The notes under the pieces were generated by a model, which did not search any database, was not told where the DNA came from, and was given only the letters and a program-made list of their open reading frames with translations. A program made the translations under genes and the position numbers. This document shows positions 37,509 to 47,043 of a stretch of 64,000 bases of DNA, piece after piece (position 1 is the first letter of the stretch; every line of letters starts with the position of its first letter). The DNA comes from Bacteroidota bacterium (GTDB lineage: Bacteria; Bacteroidota; Bacteroidia; Bacteroidales; FEN-979), in the NCBI GenBank assembly GCA_026391355.1, contig JAPLDH010000045.1, positions 41,620-105,619 of the forward strand, read 5' to 3'.

Positions 37509-38429
37509 ATGATCTATAAATTTATTTTTAAGCAATTAATATTAATTGGAATTTTTAATTGCTCTTTATTACAAGGACAGGATAAACTGTTATTAAAGGA
37601 TATGGAAGATTCGCTTCATAAGATGGCTTTTTCTGTCCTTCATGCCAGAACAGATTCAGCCAGAATATCTTTGAATAAGTGTTTCCTGCAAAATATGCAA
37701 AAAGCCTTATGTATCCCAGGCTCATTTGATTATCCCTTTGATTCCCTGAAGTCTGTTGGGAAATTGAAGTCACCCGATAAATACTTCAGGATTTATAATT
37801 GGAACCTTCCTCATCAGGATGGTTCAAACACTTATTTTTGCCTGTTGCAACTTAAGGATCAGAAAAGCGGTCAGGTCAGTTTTTTTACCTTGACTGACAA
37901 GTCTGATTCCGTTTATAATCCTGAGCAACAATATCTTGACACATCAAACTGGTATGGATCGTTGTATTATTATATTATCCAGGGTCCGGCAGATCAGTTT
38001 GGAAATAATTATTACACCCTTTTTGGCTGGGATGGTGAAAGCACATCCATTACCCAAAAGATCATCGAGGTACTGACGTTTGATGGACATGGAATTCCTC
38101 ACTTTGGCCGCCGGATCTTTGGAGATTTCGGGGATGGAAAAAATAAACGGATCTTGTTTCGATATTCTTCTTCTGCAATGATGACGTTAAAATATGATGA
38201 ACAAATTATCCCTACCGGAGTGAGTCTTCGAAAACTTGCGGGAAAGAAAAGAAAGATCATAGTTTTTGACAGATTAATACCTTTAGATCCTCAATTAAAA
38301 AACCAATATCAGTTTTATGTTCCGGAAGCTGATGTTTATGATGGGTTTGTTTTTATAAATAGTGGATGGGTTTTTATCTCCGGCATTGATGCAAGAAATA
38401 AAGCCAAACCATCTCTGAAGAGAAGATAA
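37509..38429 (+). CDS. hypothetical secreted protein (306 aa)
   Basis: N-terminal hydrophobic signal (LILIGIFNCSLLQGQ) and no recognisable domain. Confidence 0.5.
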   Translation: MIYKFIFKQLILIGIFNCSLLQGQDKLLLKDMEDSLHKMAFSVLHARTDSARISLNKCFLQNMQKALCIPGSFDYPFDSLKSVGKLKSPDKYFRIYNWNLPHQDGSNTYFCLLQLKDQKSGQVSFFTLTDKSDSVYNPEQQYLDTSNWYGSLYYYIIQGPADQFGNNYYTLFGWDGESTSITQKIIEVLTFDGHGIPHFGRRIFGDFGDGKNKRILFRYSSSAMMTLKYDEQIIPTGVSLRKLAGKKRKIIVFDRLIPLDPQLKNQYQFYVPEADVYDGFVFINSGWVFISGIDARNKAKPSLKRR

Positions 38430-38599
38430 CTTTGTTATAATTAGTTATATTCCATACCCTTTCTCATCTTTCTTTTCCTTGAAATTTTTTTTATCTCTAA
38501 TGGTTTTTCCGTTGAAAAACTTTTACCTTTGTTTTCTTATTAACAATGCGTATATTATTAAAATATTATGGTTTCAAACTCTCTAAATTATTTCTCTCT

Positions 38600-39670
38600 A
38601 TGAAAAAGCATAATTTTAACGCCGGACCTTCAATCCTTCCACGAATTGCAATTGAAAATTCCGCAAAAGCCATTCTTGACTTGAATGGAACAGGTATGTC
38701 CCTCCTTGAGATTTCACACAGAAGCAAGGATTTTCAGGCTATCATCGATGAAGCAGTTGCATTATTCAAAGAGCTGTTAAAGATCCCCGCCAACTATCAT
38801 GTACTTTTTTTAGGTGGCGGAGCAAGTTTGCAGTTCTGTATGGTTCCGTATAACCTCTTAAAAACAAAAGCAGCCTATCTTGAGACTGGTGTCTGGGCAC
38901 AGAAAGCCATAAAAGAAGCAAAATTGTTCGGGCAGATAGATATTGTTGCCAGCTCGGGTGATAAAAACTTTACTTATATTCCAAAAGGTTTTACTATTCC
39001 GGCAGATGCCGATTATTTCCATATTACAACCAATAACACGATTTTTGGTTCAGAGTTGCGGTATGATATTGATAGCCCTGTTCCATTGGTAGCCGATATG
39101 TCATCTGATATTCTCAGCCGTCCTGTGGATGTTTCAAAGTATGCCCTCATTTATGGGGGCGCACAAAAGAATCTGGGACCTGCGGGAGTAACTTTTGTGA
39201 TCATCAGGGAAGACATTTTGGGCAAAGTTGACCGGCCGATTCCGACCATGCTCAATTATAAAACCCACATTAAGGAAGGTTCCTTATTCAATACTCCCCC
39301 CTGTTTACCTATCTATACCTGTATGGAAACACTCCGGTGGATCAAAAATTTAGGAGGTGTTGAAAAGATTGAAGAAATGAATAAAAGGAAAGCCAATCTC
39401 CTTTATGATGTTATTGATAACAGCAAAATGTTCATTGGTACTGTGGAAAAAGACTCAAGGTCATTGATGAATATCTGTTTTGTTATGAAGGAACAGTATA
39501 AAGATAAGGAAGATGCTTTCATGGATTATGCTAAGACCAAAGGAATGGTTGGGATAAAAGGACACCGTTCAGTTGGAGGTTTCAGGGCATCCACATACAA
39601 TGCATTGCCAATTGAAAGTGTTCAGGCACTTATTGACTGCATGCATGAATTTGAACAAAACAATGCTTAA
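38600..39670 (+). CDS. serC: 3-phosphoserine / phosphohydroxythreonine aminotransferase
   Basis: [15 protein letters not shown]-terminus, GGGASLQF, and the [17 protein letters not shown]-lysine region. The track start at 38546 adds an 18-aa extension that SerC N-termini lack. Confidence 0.93.
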   Translation: MKKHNFNAGPSILPRIAIENSAKAILDLNGTGMSLLEISHRSKDFQAIIDEAVALFKELLKIPANYHVLFLGGGASLQFCMVPYNLLKTKAAYLETGVWAQKAIKEAKLFGQIDIVASSGDKNFTYIPKGFTIPADADYFHITTNNTIFGSELRYDIDSPVPLVADMSSDILSRPVDVSKYALIYGGAQKNLGPAGVTFVIIREDILGKVDRPIPTMLNYKTHIKEGSLFNTPPCLPIYTCMETLRWIKNLGGVEKIEEMNKRKANLLYDVIDNSKMFIGTVEKDSRSLMNICFVMKEQYKDKEDAFMDYAKTKGMVGIKGHRSVGGFRASTYNALPIESVQALIDCMHEFEQNNA

Positions 39671-39699
39671 TTTTTCTTGATAATTTAAAATGTGATCAT

Positions 39700-40623
39700 A
39701 TGATAAAAGTTTTAGTTGCCACTGATAAGCCATTTGCTCCTATTGCAGTGAAAGGAATCCGACAGGTTATAGAAGAAGCGGGCTTCGAATTGGTCCTCCT
39801 TGAAGGATATACAAACCAGGATGATTTTGTAAAAGCGATTGAAAACGTCGATGCTGTTGTTGTCAGAAGTGATAAAACGGATAAGGCAGTCATCGATAAT
39901 GGCAAAAACCTCAAAATTATTGTCAGGGCCGGTGCAGGATATGATAATATTGATTTGCAAGCAGCAAAGGACAAGGGTGTTTGTGTCATGAACACACCAG
40001 GTCAGAATTCGAATGCCGTAGCTGAGCTTGCTTTTGGTATGATGGTTTATTATATACGAAATTTCTTTAACGGCAAATCAGGAACAGAGTTGAAGGGAAA
40101 AAAATTGGGTATTCACGCTTATGGTGCTGTTGGAAAAAATGTAGCGCGTATTGCCAAAGGGTTTGGAATGGCAGTATATGCTTTTGACCCGTTTATCAGT
40201 AAAGAGGAAATAGAAAAAGATGGTGTTAAATGTGTTGATTCTGCAGAAGAATTGTACACACATTGTAATTTCATTTCGCTCCATATTCCCGCTAACAGCA
40301 AGACAAAGGAATCAATAAACCATGGACTTTTATCCTTGATGCCTACTCCAGGAGTTCTTGTGAATACAGCCCGGGCAGAAGTTATCCATGAAGCAGACCT
40401 GTTGAAGATATTTGAGGAAAAGAAAGGATTTGCGTATCTATCGGATATTGAGCCTGTAAATAAAGGAGAATTTGAAGCAAGATTCAAGGGCAGATATTTC
40501 TTTACCCCAAAAAAGATGGGTGCACAAACTGAAGAAGCTAATATAAACGCAGGTATTGCGGCTGCAAAACAAATTGTGAATTTTATTAAAAACGGAGACA
40601 GGACATTTCAGGTAAATAAATAG
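39700..40623 (+). CDS. serA: D-3-phosphoglycerate dehydrogenase-type 2-hydroxyacid dehydrogenase (short form)
   Basis: VRAGAGYDNIDL, the GIHAYGAVGKNVA NAD-binding loop, and LHIP...T..SI. It lies 29 nt downstream of serC and has no ACT domain. Confidence 0.8.
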   Translation: MIKVLVATDKPFAPIAVKGIRQVIEEAGFELVLLEGYTNQDDFVKAIENVDAVVVRSDKTDKAVIDNGKNLKIIVRAGAGYDNIDLQAAKDKGVCVMNTPGQNSNAVAELAFGMMVYYIRNFFNGKSGTELKGKKLGIHAYGAVGKNVARIAKGFGMAVYAFDPFISKEEIEKDGVKCVDSAEELYTHCNFISLHIPANSKTKESINHGLLSLMPTPGVLVNTARAEVIHEADLLKIFEEKKGFAYLSDIEPVNKGEFEARFKGRYFFTPKKMGAQTEEANINAGIAAAKQIVNFIKNGDRTFQVNK

Positions 40624-40715
40624 GAAAATTGCTTTCTGGTTCTTATATTTGTACGTATGTTATTGTTGATATAATCCTGTATTTCTAAGTGAATTATTCT
40701 TAAATCCAATTCTCC

Positions 40716-41141
40716 ATGGAACGCGAACAAGAAAGACCCACAACTTTTTTCAGGTTTGAAGATCTCAGAATCTATCACAAGGCTCTTGAGTATATTGGTT
40801 GGGTATATTCGATTGCAAAGACCAGTAAGGATGATGCTTATCTTAAGTTTTTCTTTGAAAAATTTCTCACTTCGGCAAACGGTATTTCATTAAATATTGC
40901 TGAAGGTTCATCCCGAAATAAAAGCCAGTTTGTATATTATTTGAAAATGGCAAAAAGTTCTGTCAGAGAATGCGTGGTATTATCAACCGTCGCGCAAAGC
41001 CGCAACATCATCACAGATGATGAATTCGAGAATTCCAAGAATTATCTCATTGAGATGACCAAAATGATAGGAGCATTAATCGGATCCTTACAAAGGAGTG
41101 TTAAACCCGGAGAAACTACAGAAGAAGACGATGATGGTTGA
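40716..41141 (+). CDS. four-helix-bundle protein (23S rRNA intervening-sequence protein family)
   Basis: FRFEDLRIYHKALEY..., NIAEGSSRNKSQFVYYLKMAKSSVRE: the hallmark NIAEG...R...F...A.gS..E motif of this family. A TATATTTG -7 box at 40644-40651 suggests it has its own promoter. Confidence 0.8.
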   Translation: MEREQERPTTFFRFEDLRIYHKALEYIGWVYSIAKTSKDDAYLKFFFEKFLTSANGISLNIAEGSSRNKSQFVYYLKMAKSSVRECVVLSTVAQSRNIITDDEFENSKNYLIEMTKMIGALIGSLQRSVKPGETTEEDDDG

Positions 41142-41216
41142 TTATTCTGTTCATGCACCTGGTGACTTTTCCTGATTCATACATTTTTTATTCATTTCAT
41201 ATCAATAACTATTTTT

Positions 41217-42464
41217 ATGGCTATTTTAAAAGCTTTCAAAGGGCTCAGGCCTCCTGTTGAGATTGTTAAAGATTTGGCATCACGACCTTATGACGTATTA
41301 AATTCAGATGAAGCTCGTGAAGAAGCAAAAGGGAACGCTTACACTCTGCTTCATATTATTAAACCGGAAATTGATCTTCCGAAAGACTTGGATTGTCATT
41401 CCCAGGCCGTTTATGATAAAGCGAGGGAAAATTTTGATAAATTCAGAAAGAATGGCTGGTTAAAGCAGGATCAAATGGATCTTCTGTATATCTATGCACA
41501 AACCATGAATGGCAAAACTCAATTTGGTATTGTTGGTTGTGCAGGAGTTGAAGACTATATGAGCGGTGTTATCAGGAAACATGAGCTTACACGGAAGGAT
41601 AAGGAAGAGGACAGGATGAAGCATGTAAGGATCACGAATGCCAATATGGAACCTGTTTTTTTTACATATCCCGCGGTTGAGGAGATCGATGCAATTGTAT
41701 TTTCTATTGTTAGCAACAAAAAAGCCGAATATGATTTTGTATCAGTAGATGGAATCGGCCATCATTTCTGGGTAATCGAGGATGATGCCAAAATTCAACG
41801 TATTATTGAGCTTTTTCATGCCATACCGTTCACTTATGTTGCAGATGGCCATCACAGGACCGCAGCAGCCGCCCTTGTCGGGAACGAGAAAAAACTCAGA
41901 AATCCCGCGCACACCGGGAGGGAGGAGTACAACTTCTTTCTGGCAGTACATTTTCCTGATAATCAATTAAGCATTATTGATTACAACAGGGTTGTTAAGG
42001 ACCTCAATAAACTTGATAATGTCCAATTTCTTCAGAGATTATCTGAAGTTTTCACGATTGAGAAAAAAGGATCAGGAATATTTAAACCTGTGAACCTGCA
42101 TAATTTCAGTATGTACCTCGATGGAACCTGGTATTCGCTTACAGCAAAGCCGGGAACCTATGACGATCGGGACCCGATCGGTGTGTTGGATGTAACCATT
42201 CTTTCTCATCTGGTTCTTGATAATATTCTTGATATCAAAGATCTGAGGACATCTGACCGGATTGACTTTGTTGGTGGTATCCGTGGGCTTGGCGAAATAC
42301 AGCGGCGAGTAGACAATGATGAAATGAAAGTCGCTTTTGCACTTTATCCTGTATCCATGAAACAACTTATAGATATTGCAGATTCAGGAAATATCATGCC
42401 TCCGAAAACAACGTGGTTCGAACCCAAATTAAGAAGCGGCCTTGTGGTTCACTCCCTGGAATAG
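41217..42464 (+). CDS. DUF1015 family protein
   Basis: Family-typical N-terminus (ILKAFKGLRP...VASRPYDV) and the ADGHHR motif (YVADGHHRTAAA). Function unknown. Confidence 0.8.
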   Translation: MAILKAFKGLRPPVEIVKDLASRPYDVLNSDEAREEAKGNAYTLLHIIKPEIDLPKDLDCHSQAVYDKARENFDKFRKNGWLKQDQMDLLYIYAQTMNGKTQFGIVGCAGVEDYMSGVIRKHELTRKDKEEDRMKHVRITNANMEPVFFTYPAVEEIDAIVFSIVSNKKAEYDFVSVDGIGHHFWVIEDDAKIQRIIELFHAIPFTYVADGHHRTAAAALVGNEKKLRNPAHTGREEYNFFLAVHFPDNQLSIIDYNRVVKDLNKLDNVQFLQRLSEVFTIEKKGSGIFKPVNLHNFSMYLDGTWYSLTAKPGTYDDRDPIGVLDVTILSHLVLDNILDIKDLRTSDRIDFVGGIRGLGEIQRRVDNDEMKVAFALYPVSMKQLIDIADSGNIMPPKTTWFEPKLRSGLVVHSLE

Positions 42465-42469
42465 CCGGT

Positions 42470-44329
42470 TCAGTCCTGCATATATTCAGAGAAAACCAAT
42501 TGCAAATAAGCTTTTCCTTCATTCAGGATAGAATCTCTAATTGACGGGGCGATCTGAAGTGCATGATAATAATCTGTGCTTTTATCATAGGAAAAATAAG
42601 CATTATTACGAATCCACCCAACTCCATCATCCGTCGAGTAATAAGCAAAATCTGGAGTAAAAGGATTGAAAAGGTTCTTGCTCCATTTGAATTTATCACT
42701 TTTTAGATGCATCTGGGCAAGAAGGGTTGCCGCAATATCATATTGGTCTCCCAATTTGTGGCAGATAGAACCTTTATATTCATCGCGTATCACATCACCA
42801 CAGAACAATAGTGGAATTTTATGATATTCTTTTGACTGGGCTTCCCAGTTACGGTAGGAATTATGACTATGGTCGGCTACAATGATAAATAAAGTGTTTT
42901 TAAACCAGGGTTCTGTGGCAGCCTTTCTGAAATAATCCCCGAGGCAGTGATCAGTATAATAGGCAGCATTGATATATTCATGTTCGTTATCGCCCCAATT
43001 CAATGGTTTCTTGTAAGGCTGATCCCATGGCGAATGAGTACTGAGTGTGAAAAGAGCGGAGAAAAAGGGTTGCTGTTGCTTATCAAGGTCGTCCAACTGT
43101 TGTGATAAAGTAAATTCATCATGAACTCCCAGTTTACCCCTGGCAACTTTTTCCGGGAAATCACTTCCCTCCATGATCTTATCGAAACCATTGAAATATA
43201 TAAAACTTTTGATATTTCCGTAAATCAACTGACCTCCGAAATAAAAGGAGGTATGATAGCCAATGCGTTTCAATGTTTGGGGCAGACTTTGAAGCTTCAC
43301 AAATTTATCAGGTTGAACCGTAATACAAGAAACAGGATGTGCAGGGAAAGCGCTGAAAATGGAGGCCATTCCTTGTTCCGAGCGTGCACCTGGTGAATAG
43401 ATCCTGTCGAAAAGGATACCGTTTTTTTCGAGCTTCTGAAATTCGGGTGTAATACCGGGTTCACCACCGAGATCCCGGATCAGATCTGCTGACCAGCTTT
43501 CCAGGATCAATACCACGACGTTGGGCCTGGAAATTTTGAGGATAGAAATAGTAGTATCTTTAGGTGATGTGTAAATCTCCCTGACAATCCTTTTTGCCTT
43601 TTCCTGATCCATAAATATGTAAGGATCTTTCTTGAAATTTGGCAGGTTCTCAAAAACACTTATATAAAGGTTAAAGAGGTTGTTTACGGAGGCAAGATTG
43701 AGGATATTGTGTTTTGAGAAGTAAGATTGGCTTTGATTTATCGGAATGGGTTGAATTCCGCCGCGCATCCCCGATATAAGGAACGGTGGTACGATAAGAA
43801 TAAAACAGAAACTAAAAATCAGGTTGCGTTTCTCCTTGAAAATATCAAGATAAAAAATCTTCAGATAGCTGAATAACCCGGCTAGGAATAAGAAAACAAA
43901 GAGAATGATCAGAAAGTAAAAAGTACCTGATTCTGCAGAGTTATAGATTTCTGAGGGATGGCTCAGGTATTTGATCACCTTGTAGGAAAGTTTTGTTTTC
44001 CATTCAGCATAAATTCCCAATTCCCCTGCTGCCGATAGTGAATAGGCAAAGATCAGGATGGTCATGTACACCTTATTAATATAATTGAACCATCGTGGAC
44101 TCCATAGGGATTGTAAAAGCAGTAAAAAAAACGGAATGACCATAAAGTAACAAGTGGTGGCAATATCCAGTTTCAGGGAATACCAGAAAACACCGGTAAT
44201 TTCTGTTGCAGGTATTTTTTCTGCAAGAAGCAATGGGAGATGGTATAAAAGAAATACAATCCTGGTGAGGTCAAAAAAGAGAATCCAGAACAGGAATTGA
44301 CGAAGAAATGAAAAAATGATTTTCTTCAT
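42470..44329 (-). CDS. LTA-synthase family sulfatase-domain membrane protein (phosphoglycerol/phosphoethanolamine-transferase-like)
   Basis: Five N-terminal TM helices followed by an extracytoplasmic alkaline-phosphatase-superfamily domain (VVLILESWSAD, GARSEQG, IVADHSH). Confidence 0.8.
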   Translation of the reverse strand: MKKIIFSFLRQFLFWILFFDLTRIVFLLYHLPLLLAEKIPATEITGVFWYSLKLDIATTCYFMVIPFFLLLLQSLWSPRWFNYINKVYMTILIFAYSLSAAGELGIYAEWKTKLSYKVIKYLSHPSEIYNSAESGTFYFLIILFVFLFLAGLFSYLKIFYLDIFKEKRNLIFSFCFILIVPPFLISGMRGGIQPIPINQSQSYFSKHNILNLASVNNLFNLYISVFENLPNFKKDPYIFMDQEKAKRIVREIYTSPKDTTISILKISRPNVVVLILESWSADLIRDLGGEPGITPEFQKLEKNGILFDRIYSPGARSEQGMASIFSAFPAHPVSCITVQPDKFVKLQSLPQTLKRIGYHTSFYFGGQLIYGNIKSFIYFNGFDKIMEGSDFPEKVARGKLGVHDEFTLSQQLDDLDKQQQPFFSALFTLSTHSPWDQPYKKPLNWGDNEHEYINAAYYTDHCLGDYFRKAATEPWFKNTLFIIVADHSHNSYRNWEAQSKEYHKIPLLFCGDVIRDEYKGSICHKLGDQYDIAATLLAQMHLKSDKFKWSKNLFNPFTPDFAYYSTDDGVGWIRNNAYFSYDKSTDYYHALQIAPSIRDSILNEGKAYLQLVFSEYMQD

Positions 44330-44443
44330 AAAAAATAAAAATACAAAAATAGGGATAAAGCATGTGTGACGATCAAAATTTCGTTATGTCACGATTTAAT
44401 TGATATTTCCTATATTTGTTCCATACCAACCATTTATCACATC

Positions 44444-45109
44444 ATGAGCATCAGGGATAATCTTACAAGGCTGCTGAAGGAAATTCCCCAGGGTGTAAAA
44501 CTGGTTGTGGTTTCCAAGACAAAGTCAGTTGCAGAGATCATGGAAGCGTACGATGCAGGACAAAGGATGTTTGGAGAAAACAAGGCACAGGAAGTAATGT
44601 CGAAAAAGATGTTGCTTCCGGGTGATATTGAATGGCACTTCATTGGTCATTTGCAAACAAATAAAGTCAGGCAAATATCCTCTTTCATTCATTGGGTCCA
44701 CAGCATCGACAGCCTTAAGCTTCTGGTTGAGGTGAACAGGCAAGCCATGAAAAATAAGAGGATCATCCATTGCCTTCTTCAAATGTACATAGCTACTGAA
44801 GAAACAAAATTCGGGCTTGACCTGAATGAAACCAAAGATATTCTCGAATCACCCGGATTTCGCGGTATGGAGAATATCAGGATCGATGGATTGATGGGAA
44901 TGGCAACTTTTACCTGTGATAAGGCGGTGATCAGGAAGGAGTTCCGTATACTGAGGAACTATTTTAACAGACTGAAAAGCGATTATTTTCAGGAAACTCC
45001 TTCTTTCAGTGAGATCTCTATGGGAATGTCGTCTGATTACCAGATGGCCATTGAAGAAGGAAGCACTATGGTAAGGATCGGTACAGCCATATTTGGCAGC
45101 CGTTCTTAG
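44444..45109 (+). CDS. yggS: YggS-family pyridoxal-phosphate homeostasis protein
   Basis: LVVVSKTKS (PLP lysine), FGENKAQE, WHFIGHLQTNK, and SMGMSSDY...GST.VRIG. The start is placed at ATG 44444, because the track start at 44366 adds 26 non-homologous residues. Confidence 0.9.
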   Translation: MSIRDNLTRLLKEIPQGVKLVVVSKTKSVAEIMEAYDAGQRMFGENKAQEVMSKKMLLPGDIEWHFIGHLQTNKVRQISSFIHWVHSIDSLKLLVEVNRQAMKNKRIIHCLLQMYIATEETKFGLDLNETKDILESPGFRGMENIRIDGLMGMATFTCDKAVIRKEFRILRNYFNRLKSDYFQETPSFSEISMGMSSDYQMAIEEGSTMVRIGTAIFGSRS

Positions 45110-45122
45110 CCATACTAATAAT

Positions 45123-45998
45123 CTACCGTTGAGCCCTTATAAACCGGTCTTTCCCACGAATATCGCGAAAAAGTTTCACATCTATTAGACCTTTCCTGGT
45201 CAATAAAGATTGGATTTCACTGCCGAATCCATCATTGATCTCAAGATAAAGCATTCCTCCCTGAACCAGGTGTTCAAGTGCAAGATCAGCTATTGCATCA
45301 TTAAAAAGCATCGGGTTGCTGTCAGGAACAAATAGTGCGACAGAAGGTTCATAATTCAGGACATTTGGCTGCATCATGGCTTTTTCACTTTCCAATACAT
45401 AAGGGGGATTACTTACAATCAGGTCAAATTCAGCGAGTTTCTTCATCTGATTGGGTGAGAGAATGTTTCCTTCCCGGAATTCAATCAGGCAGTTGTTTAT
45501 CAGGGCATTTTCTTTTGCTACAGATAACGCATCAACAGAAACATCCATTGCTGTGATGGCCAATTGTGGTATATAATATTTCAATGCTATTGCAATACAT
45601 CCTGATCCTGTCCCGATTTCCAGCATGGTCACCCAAGGATTTGTAACCTGATACCTATCCTTCAGTATTAATTCGACCAGTTCTTCCGTTTCCGGCCTGG
45701 GAATCAGGACATACTCATTCAAGGTCAATCTTATCTCAAGGAATTCAGTGACACCTGTAATATATTGTATCGGTTTATCCCTGCGAAGCTCCTCAAAAGC
45801 AGCCATTAACCGTTTTATTGTTTCCGGAGAAAGTATCTCTTCCAATGCCAGGTGAACTTCCGCTTTTTTTAATCCCAACAGATGATCAAACAATATATAA
45901 ACAAATTGCATGATCTCGAATGCATTATACCTATTATTCAACCCTTGGTTGAAGAGTTCAATAACACTTTTAACCGATTTTATTTCTTTTTCCACCAC
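45123..45998 (-). CDS. prmC: peptide chain release factor N5-glutamine methyltransferase
   Basis: PIQYITG...F, LIPRPETEELV, EIGTGSGCIAIAL and the NPPY catalytic motif (VSNPPYV). Confidence 0.9.
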   Translation of the reverse strand: MVEKEIKSVKSVIELFNQGLNNRYNAFEIMQFVYILFDHLLGLKKAEVHLALEEILSPETIKRLMAAFEELRRDKPIQYITGVTEFLEIRLTLNEYVLIPRPETEELVELILKDRYQVTNPWVTMLEIGTGSGCIAIALKYYIPQLAITAMDVSVDALSVAKENALINNCLIEFREGNILSPNQMKKLAEFDLIVSNPPYVLESEKAMMQPNVLNYEPSVALFVPDSNPMLFNDAIADLALEHLVQGGMLYLEINDGFGSEIQSLLTRKGLIDVKLFRDIRGKDRFIRAQR

Positions 45999-46049
45999 CC
46001 GAAGGTAAAAAATTTTAACTTAGCATTATTATCATTCTCTCTCATCCTT

Positions 46050-46664
46050 ATGCTCGCTGATGATTCCTATCTGACATTAAGTTCCTTATCACAGGGAATT
46101 TACAGGGAAAAGGGGAGTAAATTTATAGGATTAGCATGTCCCATTTTTAGCGAGGGTGAGATCAAAGAGCAACTATCAAAATGGAGAAAGGAATATTATG
46201 ACGCAAGCCATCATTGCTATGCATATAAACTTGGAAAAGATCGACCGGTTTACAGGGTGAATGATGACGGGGAACCATCGGGAAGTGCAGGAAAACCAAT
46301 ATATGGTCAGATTTTGTCAAAAGAAATAACCAATGTCCTGATTGTTGTCATCCGATATTATGGAGGTACGAAACTGGGTATTCCGGGATTGATCAATGCA
46401 TACAGAACTGCGGCAAAAGATGCCATTGACAATGGGAACATAATATTGCGGACCCTTAGGGAACGATACAGGATAGTTTTTTCATATCCATCGATAAACG
46501 AAGTAATGAAGATCCTAAAAGAGTCAGATGTGACCTTCATTTCACAATTTTTTGATAACGATTGTAAAATTGAATTCTCCATACGGAGAAATTCCGGAGA
46601 AAAAGTTAAATCGCGATTACATAAAATTGATGGTCTGACAATGGAACTTTTCAGTACTTCCTGA
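46050..46664 (+). CDS. yigZ: YigZ / IMPACT family protein
   Basis: KGSKFIG...A.HHCYAY...DDGEPSGSAGKPI and VVIRYYGGTKLG motifs. The start is placed at ATG 46050, since the track ORF start at 45882 overlaps prmC. Confidence 0.85.
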   Translation: MLADDSYLTLSSLSQGIYREKGSKFIGLACPIFSEGEIKEQLSKWRKEYYDASHHCYAYKLGKDRPVYRVNDDGEPSGSAGKPIYGQILSKEITNVLIVVIRYYGGTKLGIPGLINAYRTAAKDAIDNGNIILRTLRERYRIVFSYPSINEVMKILKESDVTFISQFFDNDCKIEFSIRRNSGEKVKSRLHKIDGLTMELFSTS

Positions 46665-47043
46665 CTCATCTGATTCAGAATAACAATATTATTATGCGTT
46701 TGTTATATCAAGGAATTACGTGAGGATATTTAAGTGACTGAGGATTAGGTGTATTTAGCACATCCCATTTCTGAATTTCATAATTAACTTATTTTCATAA
46801 TGTTATGATTAAAAAAATAATTTTTCAACATTTTTCGACAATTTCCAACCGGCAGAATGTTAATTAATTTTTTTTAAATAATTGATGGTAGAATTTTTTT
46901 TTTTCAACTTTTTTTTTGCAATATTTGTTAATTGAATAAAAATCGCCTCCATTTATAGGTCTGGGCTTAAGTTCAGAATCTAAAACCTTGATAAGCATAT
47001 TTATATAGAAAATGATTTTTGAATCTTTTGGGAAGAGATATTA

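Noticed and set aside
38546-38599. N-terminal extensions offered by the ORF track. These are serC 38546, yggS 44366, yigZ 45882, the second M1 gene 30295, fabI 14382 and bamD 19419.
   Set aside because: The extensions use TTG/GTG or add residues absent from the conserved family N-termini. They also overlap an upstream gene or a terminator hairpin. An internal ATG restores the canonical N-terminus in each case.
46971-46980. GTTCAGAATC, which resembles a tRNA T-loop (GTTCGAATC).
   Set aside because: The flanking bases cannot form a T-stem, and no acceptor, D or anticodon arms can be drawn. It is not a tRNA.
46665-47043. Calling this spacer oriC outright because it precedes dnaA.
   Set aside because: No canonical DnaA box was found by eye within one mismatch, the flanking gene orientation shows no strand switch, and oriC is not always dnaA-adjacent. 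It is kept only as a low-interest finding.
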